Source: Orbicella franksi (lineage: Eukaryota). From it: a stretch of DNA of 64,000 nt. Position 1 is the stretch's first letter. The number at the start of each line of letters is the position of its first letter. The notes under the pieces are model-generated. The model saw nothing but the letters and a program-made list of their open reading frames with translations. It did not search any database and was not told the origin of the DNA. The stretch is taken from contig OZ116701.1 in the NCBI GenBank assembly GCA_964199315.1, forward strand, positions 6,882,001 to 6,946,000. The letters are read 5' to 3'. The translations under genes were made by a program, and so were the position numbers. Of the stretch, positions 35,001 to 46,082 are shown piece after piece.

Positions 35001-38000
35001 CAAGAGTTTCAACATTGTCTCTCACTGGCTTGTCATTCACGGCTGTTGTCTGCGACAGTTTGTTTATTTGGGGAAATGCTCTATTCTTCAGGTATCGATT
35101 TAGTTGATTTTTAAGTGTAAAAAGGAGTAAATCGAAGCCATAATACATTGTAAGAGTCTTAGTCTTTTCAGTTTAGCTTCACCTTTTTTGATTTGGCTCA
35201 ACTTAGTCCAAGTAATTCGTTCTTTGTCAGTGAAACCGGACAAAGATGATTTCTTAAGCTTTCTTTCTGAGAAGATCCTGTGTAGCCGCAAGCCTTTGCG
35301 TTTCACACATTTTTATAGCCCGCAAAACAGGCGGACTAGCGGGACAGAGTGCGACACGCGCTCGTGTTCGCGCTCGTGTATCGTGCTTCGCGGTCCTCCC
35401 TACTAATCTGCCTGTTCTGCAGGCTCTACCATTTTCAAAACCGAACTACTTTTTAAACAAAACGTTCGTGGTACATTTCGTTTTCCAAACTGCAAAAAGC
35501 TTGTATGACGTGAATTGCCTGTCACTCGTAACTTTTTATTTTTAACTTGCTCTTTTCTTTTCAGTCCAGATGGTGGAATTTCCATTCACTGGCTGACTGG
35601 TTTTCCTGGAAATTCAACGATAATGGTGTTCACTTCTTCTGCGTCTGATGGAACGTTTGCATTCCTTACAGACATTCAAGAGGTGGGGTTTGTTCGTATT
35701 GTGTATTGTGTAAGTCCACAACCACTTTCAAACTCAGTTTTACAATAACTGCAGAAATTCTTGCACGCTCATTGGCTAATTTTCATTGTCAATAAGCGGA
35801 CAGACAAATCAATGTATAATTTATGCGATGCTGAGATCCGTTGGTCAGGACTACCCTAGACGGTATTTTTTAAATACATTTATTTATTTCAGCACGTTAC
35901 AAACAGGTAGATTTTCACCAGATTACTTGATTGCTTCTTACTATTCTACTTACAACTGTTTTAACAGAAAAAGGAATGGTTTCCTAACAGAATGAAACTT
36001 ACTCATTTGACTTTTCGATTTGTAAAATAGTCTTATTGTTAACAAAGTGTAAAACATGAGATAGGCATAAAGTTTTTAGCTCAAGCCTTAACAAAGTGTA
36101 TTGGTCAGGACCCGGCGGGGGGGGGGGGGGGGGGGGGAGGTGGGATACTCCCAGAAGAGTTGTGTGGGGGTGTGCGGCCCGCCTCCCAAAACCCTTACCC
36201 TATTTATGACCAAAATCTGCGATTTTTGCTACCCTATTTGATTTGACCAAAAATTCGGCACCCTATTTGTGACCGTTGCGGCTGACACAGTTGCCCTAGA
36301 CATAACTTATGAAGGGCTTTTATTGATGGTCGTATGGATAACAATAAAGAAGAAACGTACCCAGTTGAAGACTAGAGTGGGTTTAAACCATACCCAGTCT
36401 ATTTATGACTAAATTGGCCAAGATCGATACACTGTTTATGACCAAAACGGCTGAAAAACCATACCTTTAAGGGCTGCACATACCAGGAGCCCATTGCTCC
36501 TGCACATACCTATTTAGCCCATATAAGGGAGTAACCCCCCCTCCCCCGGGGGGGATCAGGACATATCTAGACTATTGTAAAAGTTTATCAAGAGACGTCA
36601 TGTGTAATCTTCTTTTGTTCTTATCACAGGTCTGGGTGGGCCAAGCAGGCTCGGCTGAGGTTCAACGCCTTAAAAGCACTCTAGGCGAAAACGCGCTCGC
36701 TCCAGGCTTCCATTCTCGTAACAGTTCATTCGTTCTGTCGATATTCTTTGACACAGCTAGAAGGTTGCAGAAGGTTAGTATAGAGGGATGGAAGTAGACT
36801 GTAGCGCTGGTTATTGGTCACTCTAAACAAGGAAACCAAGTACAGCAGGTTAATGTACTCTGCAGTACAGTGAAACATGTTACCAGTAGGTTAGTGTTTA
36901 GAGTGAAACTGGTTATAACAGGTTCAGATAGTTCCTAACAAGTAAGTGTTCAGTGAAACAGGTTACAGCAGGGTTTTCGTGTAGGGAAACAGGTTACAGT
37001 CAAGTTTGAGTACAGTGAAACAGGTTATTGCAGGTTAGTGCCCAGTGACGCAGATTTCATCAATTTAATGAGTAGTAAAACAGACGTCTCTTGAGCGTGC
37101 GAAGATGAAACTCAGGGTATATAATTTGGTGTTCCGCCAGATTATAGCTGAAGGGAGAGATGATGGTGGCGAGACAAAGTGTATCTCTCGTGAGGAAATT
37201 CCTGTTGGCAAGATTATCACTCGGCAAATATTCGCTCAGAAACAAGAAGAAAATGTAAGAAACTATCAAAACAGCAAGACCAATTTAACGTCTTGCCTCC
37301 AGAAACCTTCAACCAATCAGAATCAACTGAACATTGTAGAGCGCGCATGTCCCTTCGCGCGGATCGCATTTCAGGCTACACACGATGTGTTATATACAAG
37401 AAAGTGCTTCTACAAATTTCAGCCGACTGTGCAATGGGACGGCAGTCTCGTTCAGAAGAGCGCCACCCTTCATGAATACTTCAATAAAGTGAGCAAGGCT
37501 ATTGACGCCGACTGCAGCGGCATAAGTCAAGATAGAAGACAGGCCACGAAGGATGATTTACCGGATGTGATTCAGCTTGGACGATCCGAGTGGTACTCGT
37601 TTGTGTTTTATCTTTATTTGGAACACGGCCAAGTTGGTGAGTTATGATAAAAAATAAATAAATAAATAAAAAATTACGATATTTAGAGAGGAAGCCACAT
37701 CAGCCTTAGGGCCTGATGACTGAACTGGGCTGGTGTCAGTTTGCGGCGCACCAAAGCAGCCCGGCACACCGAAGCAGCCCGGCTAACCGGACCAGCCCGG
37801 CACACCGAAGCAGCCCGGCACACCGAAGCAGCCTGGTTAACCGGACCAGCCCGGCACACCGAAGCAGCCCGGCACACCGAAGCAGCCCGGCACACCGAAG
37901 CAGCCCGGCACACCGAAGCAGCCCGGTTAACCGGACCAGCCCGGCACACCGAAGCAGCCCGGCACACCGAAGCAGCCCGGCTCATGTAATCAGGCTCTTA

Positions 38001-41000
38001 ACTGGTTTTCATGTGGGTCCTCTATCCTGGTAGAATTTGAATTTGGAAATGTTGGTTTTTTTTTGTGTGGAGAAAAACCCTCGAAACAAGGCGAGAACCA
38101 ACAACAAACTCAATCCACGTAGGGTACCGGGCCGGAATCGAACCCGGGCCACATTGGTGGGAAGCGAGCGCTCTCACCACTGCGTTAACCCTGCTCCTGA
38201 AGGTAATATTAGTAAGTTATAATAATCATGCCACTGCGCATGCTTGGTATTTATAATATTATTAATAGAATGTCTAATGAAAAAAAACGATGATCTCTGT
38301 TACCCAGAAACCAGCACGCACCCGTGGAGTCTCGCTCATCTCCAGGCCTCGCTTCATGTGTCAGACGCCACGGTTCTGAATGTAACGTCACTGAGAACGG
38401 AACTGATTCCCCAAAAAGCAGTCAAATATGCGGTGAGATGGAAAGAGATGTAGTGTGATAAGCGGAAATATGCTATTCCAGGCCCTGGCCAAACTAATGC
38501 GTTTTGAAAAGCATCCGTTTTCGTCTCATCCAAAACGAAACAAAATAATTTCGTTTCATTCATTTGATGCGTTTTGATGCGCTTTCAAAACGCTCCACTT
38601 TTGAAACCGTTTTCGAAAGTCTCCGTTTTCATAAGCGTTTTTGGACGTTTCAGTGTAAACGATAACGATAGGCGAAAACGCAGCTAAAAGTATGCGTTTT
38701 CACACAAAAACGCTTTAGCGTGCTCGAGGCGTAAGTCGCCTTCGAGCTGAAAATGTGTTCCATGGCTTCCTCAGAAAATAACGACAATAGGCCATCAGTT
38801 AATATATTAACCTTATAGTTCACTTCAGTAAGCGCTAGACTGATTAGGTAAACGGTTTCTCTTAGTTTGCCGTTCATGTAGAATCCATTCCAATTCAAAA
38901 TTTCAGTTTATCGAAAATGCACATTTTAAATGTTTTGTCACATTTAAACAATTGTGCCTGTAGGTAACCGTGCAAGATGGCGGAGTCAGACTCACACAAT
39001 ACCGCCCGGGCGAAGGACTCGCGCCTGCCTCTTTACATATTAAGGTGAATGAACCTTTTGTTACCTCTTCTATTTGGGTGTACATGTACGTCCCGAGTAC
39101 ATGCCACTGTTACTTAGCAACCGCGGGCTAATTTGTCAGTCTCGAAGGCTGCCAATCATAACAAACCCCACTGACGCAATGAGCCAACCAGGGCTTGAAG
39201 CTGAATGTGTCACCGGTGCCAAGCGCGAGAAATCGCGCGTCAGCCTAGTTAGCTTTAGTTTCATCTTATTTTTGTTTGAAAGACTCGTATGTTTGATAAC
39301 ATTGGCTAGAGCATGTAGCAATCAACTCAACTTGAAGTGAAGGGTGTAATTTCTTGAAGAGCAGTTAATTGCGCAATATTTGTGTTAATTTCTGGATTAA
39401 ATCATGTTAAAAGTGGTAGAGCCTCGATGTAGGAATTGGCGGCTAAAAAGTACTTTTCGAGTCACAGTCTTTCTTCCCATAACATCGAGTCTCTGTTTCT
39501 TCCCGCAGATTTGGAATTCTTGTTTGTCTTGTAGCACCAGTTATGGTAGTAGGGGCGCTCTTCAGGTAAAGTGCTGGCATTTTGGATTAAATATAGTGCG
39601 TCTGGTGTTGTTACCAGAGAGCGCAACGAAGTAATACCTGTCTGTCCTTGATGGAGATGCTTCTGAGCCTGAGGATTTCGTTTGTGATGTGTTGCGGAGT
39701 AACCGTCTGTTTTTTGAGAAGTCACATTATGAAATCAGATACATCGCACAAATCTTCGTAGAGCCACAATGTGGAATTTCTCGGAAGTCGTACTATAATT
39801 TATGAGAAGTAAATCAGCTTTACGTGTGAATGTCGTGGTGGCCTCATGGTTAGTGCATTGGACTCCGGATCGAGCGGTCCGGGTTCAAGTCCTGGACGCG
39901 GGGACATTGTGTTGTGTTCTTGGGCAAGACACTTTACTCTCACAGTGCCTCTCTCCACACGGGAATATAAATGGTTACACGCAAATTTCATGCTGGCGAT
40001 AACTCTGCGATAGACTTGCATCCCATCTAGAGGGGAGAGTAGAAATAATTCTCATTTAATGCTACTGACAAATACAATACAGTACAATACAATACTGGTT
40101 TAATGTGAATATACGCTCAATTATGGTGGTACACTACGTATACACAAAGTTGACAGCGCCGGCAAGATGGGACACTTCGGCAGGCTCTTGACACTTGCTC
40201 AGGAAGCAAAATGACTCCTCCATCCCTTCCATTTAAACTGGAACATAAACCATTCACAGCCACTACCATTTTCAATCAAAAAAAATCAGTCGTCCCTTTG
40301 AAGGGACACAGTCTGGTGCACATGCGCATTAGATACCATTTCATAGCTAATTTGCATATCACAGAGGCGCAATCCATACTGTTTTTAACCAAATATGATT
40401 AAAAAATAATATCAAAGGATGAGCAAAAGCACACTCAAAAACAGGTTTTTCAGTAAATGATTGAAAATCAAGCAAAACACAGCGAAGATTGAAGCGGATT
40501 TCTAGATGTACTCGACGAATATTTTTGATTTCACGTTGAGTTGGACTCTTTTCAGAGTGAGAAAACTGGTGTCCAGGTCAGCGCGGTTCCTCAGCTTACT
40601 GTGTTCCTTTAACACTGATATTTTCCCTACCAGGGTTCTTATGCAGTGGCTGTGCTTCTCGGGTGTCCCGCGGGTCGCAAGCTGGTGTTTGATCCGGAGG
40701 CCTCTAAGACCGCTTCGGGCAGGGAGCATTTCTGCTCTCCCGTTCATGGTGTACCGTGTTTCTATTTTTACCGAGGTAAGGAATTGAAATTCACATTATA
40801 AGTTCAGAGGATACCTTAAAAATTCTGAAATACGCCCCCACAGAGATAAAATCTAAAACGCGAGAATCGTTTTGAAAATAAGCACTCTTAGTTGAAGGGC
40901 TGAAAGGGTAATTTCTTATATTCAGATTTCTTTCTCTTAAAATGATAAGATGTTTTCAGAATTCAAGCCTTCTATCAAATATCACAGATGGCAATTTCGG

Positions 41001-43353
41001 TTTTTATTTTATGTTCTTGCACTACAAAATGCTTGGAAAACCTAGCTATTGATCAGTTCGAAGTTGCTAAAGGTACATTATGTAACCGCTGTAACCCGTT
41101 TGTGACGCTGACATTTCCAGCGTTTAAGCCCTTCGCCAGGAGACGTGCAGTGTTTATTTAACGACTGCACTTGCCTTGTGTCTCATATCGTTACGTTTAG
41201 AGACATTTACCAAGCGGTGTTCTTGCATGGAGAGTTTTATAGCTGGTGTGATTAGTTTCTGCTAGTAGTTACTGGTTTAATCTAGTAATTGTTTATTTCG
41301 ATTTATTCGAACATTCATGGTTCTACTTAAGATTGAAAAACAACAACGTAAACTTCTGGTTGGAAGATTTCCTTCCAGTGTTCAAAGTATTTGACCTAGC
41401 CACGGGACAGATAAACCAGTTTCATGGAAAATATGGACTGAAGATTGTAGGAGGTGGACCGACCTACCAGTCAATCACAGATTACTCGCAGGAAGAACAA
41501 ACGAAGTACAACTACCAAACTACAAGGTACATATTGAAATATCTTATTTTTGCCCGTAGTAGAAAATTGAGCATTGCTGCTTCATTGCTTCCACAGTCTG
41601 TTAAGAGACAGGAAATATATCATTACCTCTTGAGATGGGCATTGTACTCACAGAAAGTTTTCCCGTTCTTCGGGAAAATAATCCGGCTGGCACCCTTGAA
41701 CGAAGCCCCGTCTCGAGGGAGCGGGAGTAATGCAGGTTTAAAATCAGTTTAGAATTCAGTTTTCCTTCATCAAGTGAGTTATTTTGCTCTGAAATTTTAA
41801 CTTTGGACCTTAAAGGCTGGAACTGGAATAATTCTAGAGTTTGGCAAGACAAGGTTTCACTTCATAGCCAGTCTCAAAGTCTGGTTTGTAGATATCGAAC
41901 CTGGAAGAGACACAAAATCGACTAGATTTGTGCAGCTTTATTCTCTCATGGTGTTTTTCATCTTCGCCCAATTGCAGTTCCACGGCTTCTTTGATCTGGG
42001 CATCCAAATTAAAGACTTTAGGAGATATCCCTGTATTTGACAGTGAAACAAATGGCATAAGGTAAGTTGAACATATGCCCGTAATGTCTCAGTGCTATTT
42101 CTAGCCATCTTTGGTCACTTAAGACGCATTACTGTTCTCTGGCAAGCGCCCGTTTTCACAATTAAGACAGATACAGTGACTCGTCTGGACTGGTTATATG
42201 TTTTAAGTGGCCTGTGGAAACAGGATGGATAGCTTTATCAAGATGAATAACTCGGCTAATTGTGGTGTTTCTTCATTATTTATATAGCTCAGCGGTCCGG
42301 AATCCCAAATCCTTGAATCTGATTGGCTAATCGCGCGCTCTCCAACGGTCCTGAATTTCCCATCCGCATCCCGAATACGGACCACTCCAAAATTTCCAAC
42401 CTTGGCAACTTTTCAAGCTTTTTGTTACACCGTGAAACAACGTCAACAAAAAAAATCAATACAGAGTCAAACAATCATGTATTGCGATAACGAGAGCTAT
42501 CATTGCGAATTTTAACGTACTTCAAGAAAACAAAAGTTTTGGAAAACGCAAGCAACGGCAGAGAAGATAAGACGAAGAATTGTCACAAAACGGACATTTT
42601 AGGCCAGAAACTTTGGTAAACGTAATATTTTCCTACCCAGTGTCACATACAAAAGTCAGGCTGACGAGTTCTGAAGACAGGATCTCCTGTTTTGCTCAAA
42701 ATGTCAAATGCACCCGTACTCCAGATTTGAACTGGAAGGCTTTAACTGAAATTCAATACAAAAGTTGCTTTCAAAGCAATACTGTAGAGAAAAAAATAAA
42801 CACGTTATTTGCCGGCCTTTGTCGGTCCGTATTGGACCTCCTGGTTGGAAAAATAACATATCTATAGCCAAGAGAATATGATCATAATCCCTTGATATAA
42901 CTCATTTCTCCCAAACTGTGTCACAGAAAGAATATGTAGATGAGTAGGGAGAAGTTTGATAGTGACTTGATACTGACACAGCTTCGAACTGTTTCAGCTG
43001 GTTGTGCGGCACACAGAGTCCTTGTGCTGATATTGGCCCAAACTTTCCTGGAAATGCTGAGTATTATTTCAAATTGGAGTTTTCAAACAGGTAATTTGAA
43101 GTTATGGAGAAAATGGGATGAAACAAGGGGGCCTATTACCTCGGGACGCTACCCGCGGGCAGGCGATCAGTCCCGTGAGCGATCATTAAACTGTCTTGTT
43201 CTGCTTGGTGAAGTAAACTTTGAAATTTGACTAAGAATTGACAGCGGTGTTTTCTTTTAACTTCATAGAACCGTTTAGGACAGTATATATAGAAGTAGTA
43301 TCAAACACTTTGTTAAATGCAGTTGTTACTAGAACAGCTGCTTCAGCTATTCA

Positions 43354-43389
<36 letters not shown>

Positions 43390-45123
43390 GATGATGATGT
43401 TGATGTTATTGTTGTTGCTGCTACTGACAGTAATCGTGAAGTTTTTTTTATGTAGAGGAATTTTTCGTCGCAAATGTTTACCGAGATAAAGACCTTGGAG
43501 GCTCAGTCACAATTGTGTTATGCCTCATTGTCTTCCACTCCCGCAGAGACTCTTCATTGTCAAAACTCATGAAGGGATTATTTTATTTGTCATTGTTTTC
43601 AGGATTGTGGATGCCGATTCTTCAAACTGTGACTTTACGATCCGATTCCTAATACGAGTTCATGGCTTACCACCAGGCTCATTTAACCCGTCCTCTGTTA
43701 TTGTTCTGGTGAGAAATTTAGAAACTGGTCAAAGTTTTGAACGAGCGAACCAACCAACCAATGAACGTACGCACGTAGGTACGAATGAACGAACGTGCCA
43801 ACGAACGAACCAACGAACTAACCAACCAACGATCCAATTGACGATCCAACCAGCCAAGCAATCAACCAACCAAACAACCAAAAAAAATAAAAATAAATCA
43901 ACAAGAAACAACCAAAGATATTTTTTAGCTGTCATTAGAACTAGCAGGGACTGGAAGTGTCTTTACTTAAAAGCTATGAAAGATAACCAAACTTAATCTT
44001 AGCTTGTCTGTAGTGACGTTTGCCACTCAGGACAAACTTAACTGTGTTAAGTAGTGTAACGTATATTAGTCAGGTTAGATCAGTTTTAATCTGGCTTACT
44101 AAATGGCTGTTTAAACAACATCGTTCGTCTTGTAAATTCAGCGACAAATATCAGTTGAATGATGCACTTTTTGCTTGTTTGCCTAAAACGATATTCAAGG
44201 TCCTTAAAAGAAAAACAAACTAGCGAGAAAAAAGATCAGCCCCAGAAATTCCAGTTATATGTCAGGTAAAATTCCGTATATTGTCATTACTAAAGGAGCT
44301 ACCTCACGGTTTAATTTGCGCATCTTGAAAAGTTTTATAGCCTAAATGTTTCAAGTTCGTCGCTTCTAATCCGTATTAGTCTTCTCCATCCTGAACCATC
44401 TTTGTTCCTTAAGGGTTTATTAATATCTCTTTGGTGTTTTTTTCTCAGTAAATTACTATTTTCAGGTTTCTTTCAGTTTAAAGCTGAATTTGGCCAAAAT
44501 ACCGTGACTGAGCTCCTTTGAGGTAGTGTAGAAACTTAGACACAAAGGCGACGGAAGGTCAAAATGAGTAATGTCTCTTACGTTTGCAGTCTTGTCTAGG
44601 TATCTTGGCCACTCTCATCTTAACGTTCTATTTATTGAAACGTCAAGACGCCAAGCTATGGAGACAGCTTAAGAGTGTGCTCTCTGTGTTTCGACAAGTG
44701 TCTGTCCTGTGTAGGATATTTAACCTGAGTGGGGTTAGGTTGCGCAGAATGATGGGTACGCGCAGAAATAGGGTCGACCCTCTAGCTGGAGAAGTTCGAC
44801 TAGAAACCATTCATCAAGGTAAGGTGCTGAAAAAATAGTTATCACACGAAAAAACCCGTTTGACAATGTAGTCATTTTCTGTGCAGTTCACTTAAAGATC
44901 TACTCCGGCAATTTGATTGGCTGAATTAATTCTTGGAGCGAAGTTTCGAATTTCCTAAATGGATGTCCTGACCGTAGGTAAGCGGCATCGTTGATGAACG
45001 TTTTCTTTTCTTCTTTTCGCGTTTTCAGAAATGAATGCAGAAACTGAAGGCTGTGATGATGCCTCCATCGACATAAAAGGAAACTCTTCGGAGCAGCATA
45101 AATATTTGACCACAAACGTATGA
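26075..45123 (+). CDS. CATSPERG: Cation channel sperm-associated auxiliary subunit gamma-like (CatSper-gamma), 24 exons, 1158 aa
   Basis: Exons 26075-26263, 27195-27388, 28104-28331, 29596-29815, 30433-30537, 31106-31160, 31575-31718, 31873-31956, 33586-33705, 34304-34372, 34953-35091, 35565-35682, 36630-36773, 37141-37636, 38308-38432, 38964-39044, 39509-39565, 40634-40775, 41367-41526, 41978-42061, 42998-43090, 43603-43708, 44590-44818 and 45029-45123. Total 3477 nt, all GT-AG and phase-consistent. Signal peptide and one C-terminal TM helix. Colinear motifs match mammalian CATSPERG as I recall it: [47 protein letters not shown]...VHGLP. Confidence 0.9.
28871..29148. mobile_element. MITE with AT target duplication (ISL2EU-like)
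   Basis: TIR AGAGCAGTTTTCA(AA/TT)TGAGTGTCG, flanked by AT on both sides. Confidence 0.75.
30646..30762 (-). mobile_element. SINE family 1, tail fragment
   Basis: CCAAGTGGCCCATCAGGCC..CTTATCTCCGGTTTC matches the tail. Confidence 0.65.
32196..33225. mobile_element. Non-autonomous Kolobok-like DNA transposon (1030 bp)
   Basis: TTAA on both sides; TIR GG(G/T)GGTATGGTACCCT (15/16) extending to AATATGG; RR...YY ends; no long ORF. Confidence 0.75.
35316..35428. mobile_element. 113-bp TAG...CTA TIR mini-element with degenerate 9-bp TSD
   Basis: 24-bp TIR (19/24 match); flanks ACATTTTTA and CCATTTTCA (7/9). Confidence 0.55.
36111..36550 (+). mobile_element. Poly-G/poly-C-ended DNA element, CCCGG...CCGGG termini
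   Basis: Shares CCCTTACCCTATTTATGACCAAAATCTGC with the 4711-5150 (reverse) and 63810-63925 copies. Confidence 0.65.
36840..37050. repeat. Degenerate tandem repeat, about 30-bp unit (AGTGAAACAGGTTACAGCAGGTTAG)
   Basis: Five to six recognisable GAAAC.GGTTA units. Confidence 0.6.
37709..37997. mobile_element. PIF/Harbinger-type MITE carrying an 18-bp minisatellite
   Basis: TTA duplicated (37706-37708 and 37998-38000); degenerate TIR G(G/A)GCCTGAT; the empty site can be reconstructed from the host SINE tail. Confidence 0.75.
37756..37980. repeat. 18-bp minisatellite, 12.5 units
   Basis: GCAGCCCGGCACACCGAA with three GCAGCC(C/T)GG(C/T)TAACCGGA variants, each followed by a C-initial unit. Confidence 0.95.
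39828..40068 (+). mobile_element. SINE family 1 copy
   Basis: tRNA head plus CTTGGGCAAGACACTTTACTCTCACAGTGCCTCTCTCCAC core. Confidence 0.85.
43355..43425. repeat. (TTG)n/(TGA)n microsatellite
   Basis: Read directly from the sequence. Confidence 0.95.
43740..43880. repeat. Degenerate (AACG)n/(AACC)n microsatellite
   Basis: Read directly from the sequence. Confidence 0.85.
44292..44520. mobile_element. Old Kolobok-like MITE
   Basis: AAAGGAGCT..TCACGG inverted ends; decayed TTAA-like flanks. Confidence 0.55.
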
Positions 45124-45719
45124 CTTACTATGAGACCGTTTTTTCATGTGGACGGAAAGCGTGCTGGCCTTGACTATTAGCTTACAGTACAGCCACAGTA
45201 TTACCTGCTGTAGTTCAAGTTCAGCTGTTTTGGGCATTACTTCAAGGCGAATTTTGGACGTCTCTTGAACAATGAAGACTTGAGCTGGCGAAGACAGATT
45301 AGTTCCCAGGGTTGTAACTCATGGAGTTGAATATATCATCGTTAGTATTTCAAGCTTGAACGTAGAATCGGATAACCTTATTCCCAGAATCTTTTCAAGG
45401 TTACAGCACAGGCTGTCTAGTACCTTGCTTACCCTTGCGCGTCTTTATTTCGTTCTTAGAACTCCCACTGTTGTAATTCTTCTGCTTCTGTTGTAAACAC
45501 CAGAAAGTTTCGCAGTATGTTTGATCTGTGTTTTTAGCTGGAAGTTTTCGCATTCGTCTTGATTCAGTTCCTTTGTTTTCTTATTAAATTGTTTCTCTGA
45601 ATGGAGTGGCAGTTGTCAGTTGTGTTTGGTAATCTTTACTTATCCGGCAGTTATCCCTGAAATCTCCTAGTTCGCTTGCTCGTATTTAGCGGAAATCTCC
45701 CCTTTTGTTTTCCCTTAGT

Positions 45720-45812
45720 GGAGACAACGTGGCCGAGTGGTTATACGGTTAAGGCGCGGGACTTGAAATCCCGAGGTCGCGGGTTCTAGTCCCGTTCTGA
45801 CCACTATCTGGT
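45720..45812 (+). mobile_element. tRNA-derived SINE family 3 head (pseudo-tRNA)
   Basis: GTGGCCGAGTGGTTA A-box and GGTTCTAGTCCC B-box, but no acceptor stem. Same head as 54499. Confidence 0.7.
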
Positions 45813-46082
45813 GTTAGTATATACCACACAAGTGAATAGTGCTTTTCGTGCGCTCTGCTTGGTTAACTCGGAGGTGATTAGCAAGTACTATTCACCTCCG
45901 AGCAGCCGGCGCGAGAGATTTTAAAATTTCCGACCGCTTGTCACACATAAAATAACGTTTTGTTCCGCTAATTATTCTGCTTGTGTGGTGTATACTTAAC
46001 CACAGCAAATGCGAGGCAGCGTCGTACATAACGTACCTAATCATTAGACAGGAAGCCGCTTACCACAAAGCGCCTTTCCAAC

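Larger units (their letters stand above)
37655..38197 (-). mobile_element. SINE family 2 copy interrupted by a MITE
   Basis: Tail sequence ...CATCAGCCTTA|(MITE)|ACTGGTTTTCATG... rejoins to match the tail of 47074-47330. Confidence 0.8.

Noticed and set aside
37683-38033. Three overlapping repetitive ORFs (AARHTE / SSPAHR / CRAASV) and possible CRISPR-like array
   Set aside because: They are open only because the unit is 18 bp and stop-free. The array lies in an intron, inside a MITE, with no unique spacers and no cas genes.
41834-42058. 74-aa minus-strand ORF
   Set aside because: Antisense shadow of CATSPERG exon 20 (41978-42061), which has the better motif match and splice sites.
42124-42192. 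Alternative candidate for CATSPERG exon 20 (RITVLW..RLD)
   Set aside because: Weak donor; 41978-42061 has a GTAAGT donor and restores GIS-WLC.
43238-43489. Poly-Leu TM-like ORF
   Set aside because: Translation of a (TTG)n microsatellite in a CATSPERG intron.
45720-45812. tRNA-Ser(UGA)-like sequence
   Set aside because: It has an insertion in the D-arm, a short variable arm and no acceptor stem, and the same head occurs at 54499 with a SINE body. It is a SINE head, not a tRNA gene.
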